Positions 1 to 9,537 of a stretch of 64,000 nucleotides of DNA are shown here, piece by piece (within the stretch, counting starts at the first letter, position 1; every line of letters begins with the position of its first letter). Source of the stretch: Escherichia virus TH57; the sequence record MT446422.1. One strand, 5' to 3'. Made by a program: the position numbers and the translations under genes. The notes under the pieces were generated by a model. It was not told the origin of the DNA. It did not search any database and worked only from the letters and a program-made list of their open reading frames with translations.

Positions 1-44
1 CATCTTAATTACAAGCGTTACGCCTGTCAACTAAATCACGATAA

Positions 45-66
45 CAAAAAACCCCCTTTCGGGGGC
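45..66 (-). terminator. Rho-independent terminator downstream of the methyltransferase gene
   Basis: Plus-strand A-run followed by CCCCC-TTTC-GGGGG hairpin; on the minus strand this reads as hairpin plus T-run just after the ORF ending at 108. Confidence 0.5.
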
Positions 67-107
67 GGGTCATAGTCAACCGCTTTAAACCAGCTTGCCG
101 TTGCAAG

Positions 108-809
108 TCAGAGATCGTCGAACGAGCTAATCCAGACTCTACGATCTTCCTGGAAGGCAGGCAAGCGCGGCGCACCTAATTCACGCAGACGGTCGCGGTG
201 GATAGCCAGCACCGGCGGCGCGCCTTCTTCATTGCGGCGGTGGAAATGACGTGAGAAGATCAGCAGCGACGAGGCGAACCCGGACGACTGAGGTTTCACA
301 CCGTTGGCCCACACCGGCAACTGGAAGGTGATGCGCCCTTTGATATTGAAAATGCAGTCTGCAGGGAAGTCGGATAACTCGTCAGGCCACCAGCTTTCGC
401 TAGGGGCGTGCTTCGTCAGCAGGCAGATATTTGCGCCGTTGTCGCGCTCCTCCTTCACCTTCGCCATGATATTCAACATCCCGGTGTACGGCTCATCGTC
501 ATGCTCAAACGGACGGCTGTACGGTGGGTTGCCGTAACACCATGCGCCAGCGCCACCGTATTTCAGGGAGTCGCCATGCCAGTCCTGCACCAGCGCGTTG
601 TTTGCCTGGCTGTAGTAGTGGTCGCATTTGGAGTTCTGCCCGTCGGTAAACAGGTCCAGCGCGAACCGGCTTCCGTTGGTAACGAACGCCTCGATGCCAC
701 AAAACTCCAGGTCAGGCGTGCGCCACTGGTCCCCGATCTCTTTGAGGTCGTGAAAGTCCTGCATCTTAATGTCGATCAGCTTTTCCAGGTATGGATTCAT
801 CCGGCTCAT
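108..809 (-). CDS. DNA N6-adenine methyltransferase, phage Dam-like family
   Basis: Track ORF 108..854; NPPY catalytic motif (CYGNPPYS) plus WRTPDLEF and SKCDHYY blocks typical of phage Dam-type MTases; start moved to internal Met (residue 16) that overlaps the stop of the upstream ORF; GC-rich unlike the phage backbone. Confidence 0.55.
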   Translation of the reverse strand: MSRMNPYLEKLIDIKMQDFHDLKEIGDQWRTPDLEFCGIEAFVTNGSRFALDLFTDGQNSKCDHYYSQANNALVQDWHGDSLKYGGAGAWCYGNPPYSRPFEHDDEPYTGMLNIMAKVKEERDNGANICLLTKHAPSESWWPDELSDFPADCIFNIKGRITFQLPVWANGVKPQSSGFASSLLIFSRHFHRRNEEGAPPVLAIHRDRLRELGAPRLPAFQEDRRVWISSFDDL

Positions 810-1051
810 TGACCACCTGCCAGTTTTGCAAGGCGCTCCTCTAACTGCCACCATTCCTGTTTACGGGCATCCGCGCCGCACTGCATGATGTCCACCCGGC
901 ACGGCAGTTTGGTGAGCGTCACAAAGATGCGATTCTCATCGCTGCCGCCTTTGCGGATGATGGCGGTCTGTGCGGCCCACGCCAAAGTGAGCGTCGGGTG
1001 GTTCTTAACCTTGTGCTCGATGCGCTCGCGGAAAGTGATGAAGTTCCCCAT
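806..1051 (-). CDS. hypothetical protein (GC-rich module, coupled to the methyltransferase)
   Basis: 81-aa ORF, same strand and same GC-rich composition, stop overlaps the downstream MTase start; no recognisable motif. Confidence 0.35.
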   Translation of the reverse strand: MGNFITFRERIEHKVKNHPTLTLAWAAQTAIIRKGGSDENRIFVTLTKLPCRVDIMQCGADARKQEWWQLEERLAKLAGGQ

Positions 1052-1068
1052 TAATCTGTTACCCCGTA

Positions 1069-1629
1069 TTGCTTTTTAAGGTCGTCGAGTGCGATCTGCA
1101 GCAGTTGCATCTGGTAGACCGCCTCCCCGTTTTTTTCGAAAAGCTTAGTGATAAGTACACTCTCAAAGAATTAACGTTAATATTCATGTCAAACCTGGTC
1201 GCGAACCAGGATGCATGGATAGGCGATATAAGTGATGCCGATGCTCTGATATTTTATAGGGAATACATCGGCAGACTTAAAAGAATTAGACAAGTATACG
1301 AAGATGATATAAAGAATATCTATTACTTCAGTAAGAAAGTCGAAGTCAAATCGCTTCAAGAGATTTTCGAGTATAATACTAAAGTGAATACAAGTTATAT
1401 TTTCAAACTTCTCCAATCGAATGTTATCTCATTTGAAACGTTTTGTTTGCTTGATTCATTTTTAGATATTATAAATAAACATGATGAACAGACTAACGAC
1501 TTGGTTTGGGAAAAGTATTCAACCAAACTAAATGCCTATAAGAAAATCTTAAATATCGATTCTCTTGAAGCTCGTAAATTGTTCATCGAGACCGTTAAAA
1601 ACTGTCAAATAACGCTTCAAGCACTTTGA
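1069..1629 (+). CDS. 59: gene 59 helicase-loader homolog, N-terminally truncated; possible pseudogene
   Basis: Immediately upstream of gene 32 on the same strand as in T4; AT-rich phage-like sequence and gp59-like sequence (KLSDKYTLKELTLIF, SNLVANQDAWIGDISDADALIFYREYIGRL, as recalled from T4 gp59, not database-checked) begin only at ~1120; track ORF starts with TTG at 1069 inside GC-rich DNA, first ATG at 1186; at most 186 aa versus 217 aa in T4. Confidence 0.5.
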   Translation: MLFKVVECDLQQLHLVDRLPVFFEKLSDKYTLKELTLIFMSNLVANQDAWIGDISDADALIFYREYIGRLKRIRQVYEDDIKNIYYFSKKVEVKSLQEIFEYNTKVNTSYIFKLLQSNVISFETFCLLDSFLDIINKHDEQTNDLVWEKYSTKLNAYKKILNIDSLEARKLFIETVKNCQITLQAL

Positions 1630-1637
1630 AGTATAAT
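1613..1637 (+). promoter_or_regulatory. T4-type middle promoter for gene 32 (MotA-box variant CGCTTCA, 12 nt, TATAAT)
   Basis: MotA-box-like CGCTTCA followed 12 nt later by TATAAT, ~55 nt upstream of the gene 32 ATG, inside the 3' end of gene 59. Confidence 0.5.
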
Positions 1638-1689
1638 TAATACGTAATCAAAACAACTGCTAAAAATCAAATAATCTAAGGAAAATCAT

Positions 1690-2601
1690 ATGTCTATGTT
1701 TAAACGTAAAAACCCTGCTGACCTGGCTGCTTCCCTTAACGCTCTGAAAGGTGGTTCTGGTTTCTCTTCTGACGATAAAAAAGAATGGAAACTGAAAGAT
1801 ACTGATGGCGTCGGTTCTGCGGTTATTCGTTTCCTGCCTTCCAAAAATGAAGAAAATCCATCTCCGTTCATCAAGCTCGTTAATCACGGCTTTAAAAATG
1901 GCGGTCAATGGTATATTGAAAACTGTACTTCTACCCACGGCGATTATGAAAACTGCCCTGTGTGTGCGTACATGAATAAGAATGACCTGTACAACACAAA
2001 CGAATCCGAATATCGTAAACTGAAGCGTAATACTTCTTACTGGGCTAACATCCTGGTCATTAAAGACCCTGCTGTTCCGTCTAACGAAGGTCAAGTATTT
2101 AAATATCGCTTCGGCAAGAAAATCATGGACAAAATTAACCAGATGGTTGAAGTCGATGTTGATATGGGCGAAACAGCTATTGATGTAACTTGTCCTTTTG
2201 AAGGTGCAAACTTTGTACTGAAATCTAAACTGGTTTCCGGTTATAAAAACTACGATGATTCCAAATTCATGAACCAGTCTGAAATCGCTGGTATCAATGA
2301 TGAAGCATTCCAGAAAAAACTTTGGGACGAAATGTCTGACCTGAATGAATTGCTGGTGTTTAAATCCCTTGAAGAGAATCAGAAGAAATTCTCTAAAGTA
2401 ATGGGTACAGCTGCTCTTGGTGGTGCTGCTTCTAAAGCCGCTGCACAAGCTGATAAACTGGGCGCTGACCTGGACGATTTTGATAAAGATATGGAAGACT
2501 TCACTTCCAGCAAACCTGCTAAGTCTGAACGCACTGCGACTGCTCCAAGCACTCCAGAGCCTTCTGATGATGGTCTTGACGACCTGCTGGCTGGCCTTTA
2601 A
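1690..2601 (+). CDS. 32: single-stranded DNA-binding protein gp32
   Basis: 303 aa; N-terminus [61 protein letters not shown] and acidic Asp/Ser-rich C-terminus closely match T4 gp32; strong SD AAGGAAA. Confidence 0.95.
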   Translation: MSMFKRKNPADLAASLNALKGGSGFSSDDKKEWKLKDTDGVGSAVIRFLPSKNEENPSPFIKLVNHGFKNGGQWYIENCTSTHGDYENCPVCAYMNKNDLYNTNESEYRKLKRNTSYWANILVIKDPAVPSNEGQVFKYRFGKKIMDKINQMVEVDVDMGETAIDVTCPFEGANFVLKSKLVSGYKNYDDSKFMNQSEIAGINDEAFQKKLWDEMSDLNELLVFKSLEENQKKFSKVMGTAALGGAASKAAAQADKLGADLDDFDKDMEDFTSSKPAKSERTATAPSTPEPSDDGLDDLLAGL

Positions 2602-2606
2602 TATAA

Positions 2607-2630
2607 GGGACCTTAGGGTCCCTTTTTTAT
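2607..2630 (+). terminator. Rho-independent terminator after gene 32
   Basis: GGGACC-TTAG-GGTCCC hairpin followed by a T-run. Confidence 0.7.
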
Positions 2631-2643
2631 TTTCAAAAAGTAG

Positions 2644-2672
2644 TGTACAAGTCCTTTGAGCTAAGGCATAAT
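2644..2672 (+). promoter_or_regulatory. T4-type early (sigma70-like) promoter
   Basis: TGTACA, 17 nt, CATAAT; the -10 and downstream leader are nearly identical to the copy at 20986-21034. Confidence 0.55.
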
Positions 2673-2715
2673 GATTCCATACTGAGTTACACGATAAACA
2701 ACTGAGGAAATTAAA

Positions 2716-3084
2716 ATGATGGAAACTGGTAAATTTTATACATTAGACCCTGCTGCCAAAAAACAATTCATCGCTGGTAGCCCTGATGACAATTCGCGCA
2801 TGGTCAAGCTGATGGAACAGCATGGCAGTTCCTTCAAAGTCCTGGATATGTGCTTTATTGATGGCGATTATTTTGTTGAAAAAGTTGAAATGAAAGATGG
2901 TACCATCTTGGATAGTATGGATGATGCTGATGAGTACTTTGAACTCGCTGAATGGGAATTCCGCCACTTCCTGGAAGTTGATGAAGATGCTCCTGTTGTT
3001 GACACGCAAACCATTCATGTGCAGGTTAATCACAAAAATGCTGCTGAAGTCATTGCCTTGATTAAAGCTACCTTTGGAATTTAA
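2716..3084 (+). CDS. hypothetical early protein (paralog family with 3404..3766 and 17128..17670)
   Basis: 122-aa ORF with SD GAGGAAA; shares N-terminal GKFY...AKKQFIAG and C-terminal DDYFEL...EEEF motifs with 3404..3766. Confidence 0.5.
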   Translation: MMETGKFYTLDPAAKKQFIAGSPDDNSRMVKLMEQHGSSFKVLDMCFIDGDYFVEKVEMKDGTILDSMDDADEYFELAEWEFRHFLEVDEDAPVVDTQTIHVQVNHKNAAEVIALIKATFGI

Positions 3085-3085
3085 T

Positions 3086-3340
3086 ATGACTAAAGATGAT
3101 TTCCTGGATGCAGTAGAAAAAGCCAGCGAACAGTTTGAAGTGATGGGTGTACGTGTCCATAAAGACCGAAATTACGGACTTGATGTTCAAACGTATTCTC
3201 TATGGCTTGTAGGCGAGCATAGTCTTGTAACCACTTTAGTTATGGGTGTAGATACTTATCCTTTGTTAGTCAAGTTCAGAAGTCTGGAAAAAGCTACTAA
3301 AGAAATGACCAAACTTGGTAAATGGCTCGACAAAATTTAA
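3086..3340 (+). CDS. hypothetical early protein
   Basis: Track ORF 3074..3340 begins at TTG; first ATG at 3086 (MTKDDF). Confidence 0.4.
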   Translation: MTKDDFLDAVEKASEQFEVMGVRVHKDRNYGLDVQTYSLWLVGEHSLVTTLVMGVDTYPLLVKFRSLEKATKEMTKLGKWLDKI

Positions 3341-3403
3341 AAAGTTGTTTGCACTATCTTTAAACATGATATTATACCTATCAAAACAAATGAGGAAATT
3401 AAA

Positions 3404-3766
3404 ATGGAAATCGGCAAAAAATATGAGTTCAATCCAAATCGTATTAAATCTTTCATTGATAATAGTTCATCGAATGCTAGTATGGTTGACATCATCCAAG
3501 AAAATGGTGGTTGGTTTGAAGTTAAATCAATATCAAGGGCAGACGGTCTTGATTATGTAACCGAAATCATTTGCGCTAACGGTGCAATCTATAATGATGA
3601 TGGTATGGGTGATGATTATTTTGAACTTAGTGAAGAAGAGTTTTATTGCTTCCGAGAATACTCCAGTTATACAAAAACACCTTCAGGAGCGGTTTCTATT
3701 AATTGTGTTGTAGATGCTAATAACGTCGACCAAATCATTGAACTTCTGCAAAAAGCTTTCAAATAA
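3404..3766 (+). CDS. hypothetical early protein (paralog of 2716..3084)
   Basis: 120-aa ORF, SD GAGGAAA; shares motifs with 2716..3084. Confidence 0.5.
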   Translation: MEIGKKYEFNPNRIKSFIDNSSSNASMVDIIQENGGWFEVKSISRADGLDYVTEIICANGAIYNDDGMGDDYFELSEEEFYCFREYSSYTKTPSGAVSINCVVDANNVDQIIELLQKAFK

Positions 3767-3769
3767 CAG

Positions 3770-3805
3770 TTTACAAAGGGTCTATGGTTGAGATATTATA
3801 GACCT
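3770..3805 (+). promoter_or_regulatory. T4-type early promoter with dyad symmetry across the -10
   Basis: TTTACA, ~17 nt, ATATTA/TATTAT; inverted repeat GGTCTAT...ATAGACC flanks the -10. Confidence 0.45.
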
Positions 3806-3828
3806 ATCAACTACCTGAGGAAAATAAA

Positions 3829-4056
3829 ATGGCTAAAGTTAATATTGATATTGTTGATTTTGAATACACTTACGAAGTTATCCGTAATCGTTATCCTTCT
3901 TTGAGTATGACTTATATTAAAGATACCCAATTCTTCAGTATCCAAATTGAAATCCAAGGTCCTCTTGAAGACCTTACTCGTTTTATGACTGACGAGTATT
4001 GTGATGGTATGCATGTTGAAGATGCTGAATTTTATATGGGCTTAATCCAAAAATAA
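3829..4056 (+). CDS. hypothetical early protein
   Basis: 75-aa ORF with SD GAGGAAAA 7 nt upstream. Confidence 0.45.
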   Translation: MAKVNIDIVDFEYTYEVIRNRYPSLSMTYIKDTQFFSIQIEIQGPLEDLTRFMTDEYCDGMHVEDAEFYMGLIQK

Positions 4057-4058
4057 AT

Positions 4059-4093
4059 GTTTACAACAGGCTATGGTAATGATACTATAGCCT
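4059..4093 (+). promoter_or_regulatory. T4-type early promoter with dyad symmetry across the -10
   Basis: GTTTACA, 17 nt, TACTAT; inverted repeat AGGCTAT...ATAGCCT. Confidence 0.45.
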
Positions 4094-4114
4094 TACCAAC
4101 TTGAGGAGAATAAA

Positions 4115-4354
4115 ATGAAATTACAACGTGAGAGCATCAAAGATTCAGAAGTTAAAGGTAAATGGTACTTCACAATCCAGGGTAACAATCCAGAAGCTCT
4201 GGAAAAAGCTGAAGAAACTTTGTGTGCAATGGGTTGGAAAGATGAGTGTGATGGTTGTCCTCTTTATGAAGATGGTAGCTCATCTGGTTTCTGGATTCAT
4301 CACTCTGACGTTGACCAATTTAAAGCTGACTGGAAAGTCGCTAAGAAAGCGTGA
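4115..4354 (+). CDS. hypothetical early protein (Cys-containing, 79 aa)
   Basis: ORF with SD GAGGAGAA. Confidence 0.45.
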   Translation: MKLQRESIKDSEVKGKWYFTIQGNNPEALEKAEETLCAMGWKDECDGCPLYEDGSSSGFWIHHSDVDQFKADWKVAKKA

Positions 4355-4364
4355 GGAAAATAAT

Positions 4365-4724
4365 ATGTCCGACATTCATGTAACCGGAATTACCCAAGTA
4401 AGAATTCATTGCCAACTTAAAACTGCACCCGGGATGGCTTATATTAATTTATCACATGACCTAGATTCTCGCGAAAGTCTGTTAACTGGTGTAATTACGT
4501 TTTACACTGGAATCGGCGGAAACGAATTTACTGTAGGCGAGATTGTTGGTCATAAATTAAAAGTTCAGAAGAACGTGTTAGAACTTTTTAATGACCTTTA
4601 TGATGATAGCGATGAAGTTTTTGATGAAATCACACAAGCAGTTAACAAAGGAATGGTAACTTTAGTTAAAATGATTAACTCTATTGGATATGCTCCTGAC
4701 CCTTTTCGATGGGAGATAATATAA
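4365..4724 (+). CDS. hypothetical early protein
   Basis: Track ORF 4128..4724; start placed at Met 80 (MSDIHV), which has SD GAGGAAAA. Confidence 0.45.
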   Translation: MSDIHVTGITQVRIHCQLKTAPGMAYINLSHDLDSRESLLTGVITFYTGIGGNEFTVGEIVGHKLKVQKNVLELFNDLYDDSDEVFDEITQAVNKGMVTLVKMINSIGYAPDPFRWEII

Positions 4725-4816
4725 TTTTTGTATTTGAGTTTATGAATGATGAATTCTATTATGCAATGCTTTAAAAATTGTATAGTCTTGATTTAAATGA
4801 ATTTGAGGAAAATATA

Positions 4817-5154
4817 ATGCTTACTGAATACACTTGCTTTGCTAAAGATGATGCACATCCTGAACTGATTCTTGAAGTTAAGGTTAATACGCTTGAACAA
4901 AAATTTGATTGGAGCCTTTACATCTATCCTAAAAATATTATTGATGGTCCACAGAAATATACGCTTAATGACAAGTGCATTAGTGGTATCATTGGATATG
5001 GTACAAGTGGAAGCAAGTATTCATTAGAAGATATTCGTCAATCTCGTTGTGCGGTATCATATTTTGATACAGATATAATTAAACATCTTTATAAATTGGT
5101 TCTTGATATTCGCAAAGATTTTACTGCCATCAAAAAGGCAACTAAGGAATTAAA

Positions 5155-5158
<4 letters not shown>
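4817..5158 (+). CDS. hypothetical early protein
   Basis: Track ORF 4778..5158 begins at TTG; ATG at 4817 follows SD GAGGAAAA. Confidence 0.45.
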
Positions 5159-6817
<1,659 letters not shown>

Positions 6818-6878
6818 TGAAAATTCAAATTGCCGGTGTTATATTTTTGGTCGTAATGGTCGGGCTTAACTTCCTACT

Positions 6879-7178
6879 ATGAAAGCCTGTCGGGTTGTTA
6901 ACAAATATCAATCCGACTTTGATGTGAATATTCAACGGGGTACCATGTGGGGGAACCCATATAAAGATGGTACCCGAGAAGAAAACATAAAGAACTTTAA
7001 AGAATATTTCATAGCAAAGATTAAATCGGGTGAAATCAAAAGAGAACACCTTGAAACCCTTCGCGGAATGCGATTAGCTTGTACATGCAAACCAAAAGCA
7101 TGTCATGGGGATATCATCGCTCTGGTCGTTAACAAACTTTTCAAAGACACCTTTTCGCTCGAGGATTTGGGCGCATAA
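6879..7178 (+). CDS. conserved small protein, DUF4326-like
   Basis: 99 aa; WGNPY ... LACTCKPKACHGDII pattern resembles the DUF4326 family; between td and nrdA. Confidence 0.4.
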   Translation: MKACRVVNKYQSDFDVNIQRGTMWGNPYKDGTREENIKNFKEYFIAKIKSGEIKREHLETLRGMRLACTCKPKACHGDIIALVVNKLFKDTFSLEDLGA

Positions 7179-7187
7179 ATACGATTC

Positions 7188-7222
7188 CGCTTCAGGGTCA
7201 TGTGTTATTATAAGCATGACCC
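7188..7222 (+). promoter_or_regulatory. MotA-box-like middle promoter overlapping a perfect 8-bp hairpin upstream of nrdA
   Basis: CGCTTCA then ~11 nt then TATTAT; inverted repeat GGGTCATG ... CATGACCC (8-bp stem, 12-nt loop) spans the -10. Confidence 0.4.
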
Positions 7223-7243
7223 CATTTTATAACAGAGGAAAAC

Positions 7244-9499
7244 ATGCAAGTACAAAAAAGTAGTGGCGTATCTCAAGATTTTGATGGCCAGAAAATTATT
7301 AAAGTTCTTTCCTGGTCATGCGAAGGAACCAATATCGACCCGTATGAATTATACGAAACAATCAAACCACATCTGCGCGATGGTATGACTACTCGCGATA
7401 TTCAGACGGTTATCATCAAAGTGTCTGCTGGACTTATCTCGGTTGAAGAACCAGATTACCAATACGTTGCGGCGAAGGCTACGATGTTTGCTCTGCGTAA
7501 AGATGTTTATGGCCAGTTCGAGCCACGTTCTTTTATTGACCAGATTTCTTATTGTGTCAATGAAGGCAAATATGACCCGGAGCTGTTGTCAAGCTACTCG
7601 GCTGAAGAGATTACTTACCTGGAATCTCGTATCAAGCACGAACGTGATTTTGACCTGACTTATGCAGGCGCGATGCAGTTGAAAGAGAAATACCTGGTTA
7701 AAGATAAAACCACTGGGAAAATCTATGAGACTCCGCAGTTCGCTATCATGGCCATCGGCATGGCACTGCATCAGGATGAACCAACGGACCGTCTGAAGCA
7801 CGTTTGTCGTTTTTATGATGCAGTATCCACGCAGCAGATTTCGTTGCCCACACCTATCATGGCGGGCGCCAGAACACCTACCCGACAGTTCAGTTCATGC
7901 GTGGTTATCGAAGCTGCTGACTCCCTGAAGTCAATTAATAAGACTGCTAATTCAATCATCGAATATATCAGTAAGCGTGCAGGTATCGGTATCAACGTTG
8001 GCATGATTCGTGCTGAAGGTTCGAAAATTGGTATGGGTGAAGTCAAGCATACTGGTGTTATTCCGTTCTGGAAACATTTCCAAACGGCTGTTAAATCCTG
8101 TTCACAAGGTGGAATCCGTGGCGGCGCTGCTACTGCTTATTATCCTATTTGGCATTTGGAAGTTGAAAATTTACTCGTTCTGAAGAACAACAAAGGCGTT
8201 GAAGAAAACCGTATCAGGCATATGGACTATGGTGTCCAGTTGAATAACCTGATGATGGAACGACTGGCCAAGAATGATTACATCACTCTGTTTAGTCCAC
8301 ACGAAGCTGGCGGTGAATTGTATTATTCATATTTTGATAACCCGGATAAATTCCGTGAGTTATATGAAGCCTTAGAAAAAGACCCATCAGTTCGTAAGAA
8401 ACGTATCAAAGCAAAAGATGTATTTGAATTATTCATGACCGAACGTTCCGGTACAGCCAGGGTTTATCCACAATTCGTTGATAACGTGAATGACTATACT
8501 CCGTTCATCCGCGATAAGGCTCCGATTCGTCAATCAAACCTTTGCTGCGAAATTGCAATCCCGACTACTGATGTGAACAGCGAAGACGCTGAAATCGGAT
8601 TGTGCACATTGTCTGCATTTGTTCTGGATAGTTTTGACTGGCAGGACCAAGATAAGATTAACGAGCTAGCCGAAGTTCAAGTTCGTGCTCTTGACAACCT
8701 GTTGGACTATCAGGGTTATCCGGTTAAAGAAGCTCTGAAAGCCAAAAAACGCCGCAACCTGGGTGTTGGGGTTACTAACTATGCTGCATGGCTGGCAAGC
8801 AATTTCGCTTCCTACGCTGATGCAAACGATTTAACGCATGAACTGTTCGAGAGATTACAATATGGCCTTATCCGAGCATCAATCAAGCTCGCCAAAGAAA
8901 AAGGACCTTGCGAATATTATTCAGACACTCGTTGGGCTCGAGGCGAATTACCTATCGACTGGTACAATAAAAAGATTGACCAAATCGCAGCTCCAAACTA
9001 CGTTTGTGACTGGGCGCAGTTGCGGGAAGACCTGGTTGAACATGGCATCCGTAATAGCACATTATCAGCACTTATGCCTTGTGAGTCATCTTCCCAAGTT
9101 TCTAACAGTACAAACGGTATCGAACCTCCGCGTGGACCAGTCTCTATTAAAGAGTCAAAAGAGGGTTCCTTTAATCAAGTCGTGCCCAATATTGAGCACA
9201 ATAAAGGATTGTACGATTACGCATGGGTGTTAGCTAAGCAGGGTAACAAACCTTATCTGACCCAAGTCGCGATTATGTTGAAATGGATTTGTCAGTCAGC
9301 ATCGGCGAATACGTATTATGACCCGCAGAATTATCCGAAAGGAAAAGTTCCGATGTCAGTTATGCTTGACGACTTGATGTACTTCTGGTATTTTGGTGGA
9401 AAAAACCTTTATTATCATAACACTAGAGATGGTTCCGGTACAGACGATTACGAAATCGAAGCTCCTAAAGCAGAAGACTGCTCCGCCTGTAAACTTTGA
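7244..9499 (+). CDS. nrdA: ribonucleoside-diphosphate reductase, alpha (large) subunit
   Basis: 751 aa; class I RNR large-subunit active-site motifs (NLCCEI, ALMPCESSS) and C-terminal Cys pair. Confidence 0.95.
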   Translation: MQVQKSSGVSQDFDGQKIIKVLSWSCEGTNIDPYELYETIKPHLRDGMTTRDIQTVIIKVSAGLISVEEPDYQYVAAKATMFALRKDVYGQFEPRSFIDQISYCVNEGKYDPELLSSYSAEEITYLESRIKHERDFDLTYAGAMQLKEKYLVKDKTTGKIYETPQFAIMAIGMALHQDEPTDRLKHVCRFYDAVSTQQISLPTPIMAGARTPTRQFSSCVVIEAADSLKSINKTANSIIEYISKRAGIGINVGMIRAEGSKIGMGEVKHTGVIPFWKHFQTAVKSCSQGGIRGGAATAYYPIWHLEVENLLVLKNNKGVEENRIRHMDYGVQLNNLMMERLAKNDYITLFSPHEAGGELYYSYFDNPDKFRELYEALEKDPSVRKKRIKAKDVFELFMTERSGTARVYPQFVDNVNDYTPFIRDKAPIRQSNLCCEIAIPTTDVNSEDAEIGLCTLSAFVLDSFDWQDQDKINELAEVQVRALDNLLDYQGYPVKEALKAKKRRNLGVGVTNYAAWLASNFASYADANDLTHELFERLQYGLIRASIKLAKEKGPCEYYSDTRWARGELPIDWYNKKIDQIAAPNYVCDWAQLREDLVEHGIRNSTLSALMPCESSSQVSNSTNGIEPPRGPVSIKESKEGSFNQVVPNIEHNKGLYDYAWVLAKQGNKPYLTQVAIMLKWICQSASANTYYDPQNYPKGKVPMSVMLDDLMYFWYFGGKNLYYHNTRDGSGTDDYEIEAPKAEDCSACKL

Positions 9500-9537
9500 T
9501 ATAATTATGCTCATGGATGAGCTATTGAGGAAATAAA

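Noticed and set aside
1660-2448. 262-aa minus-strand ORF antisense to gene 32
   Set aside because: Lies entirely within the well-supported gp32 coding region on the opposite strand, with odd low-complexity composition; a shadow ORF.
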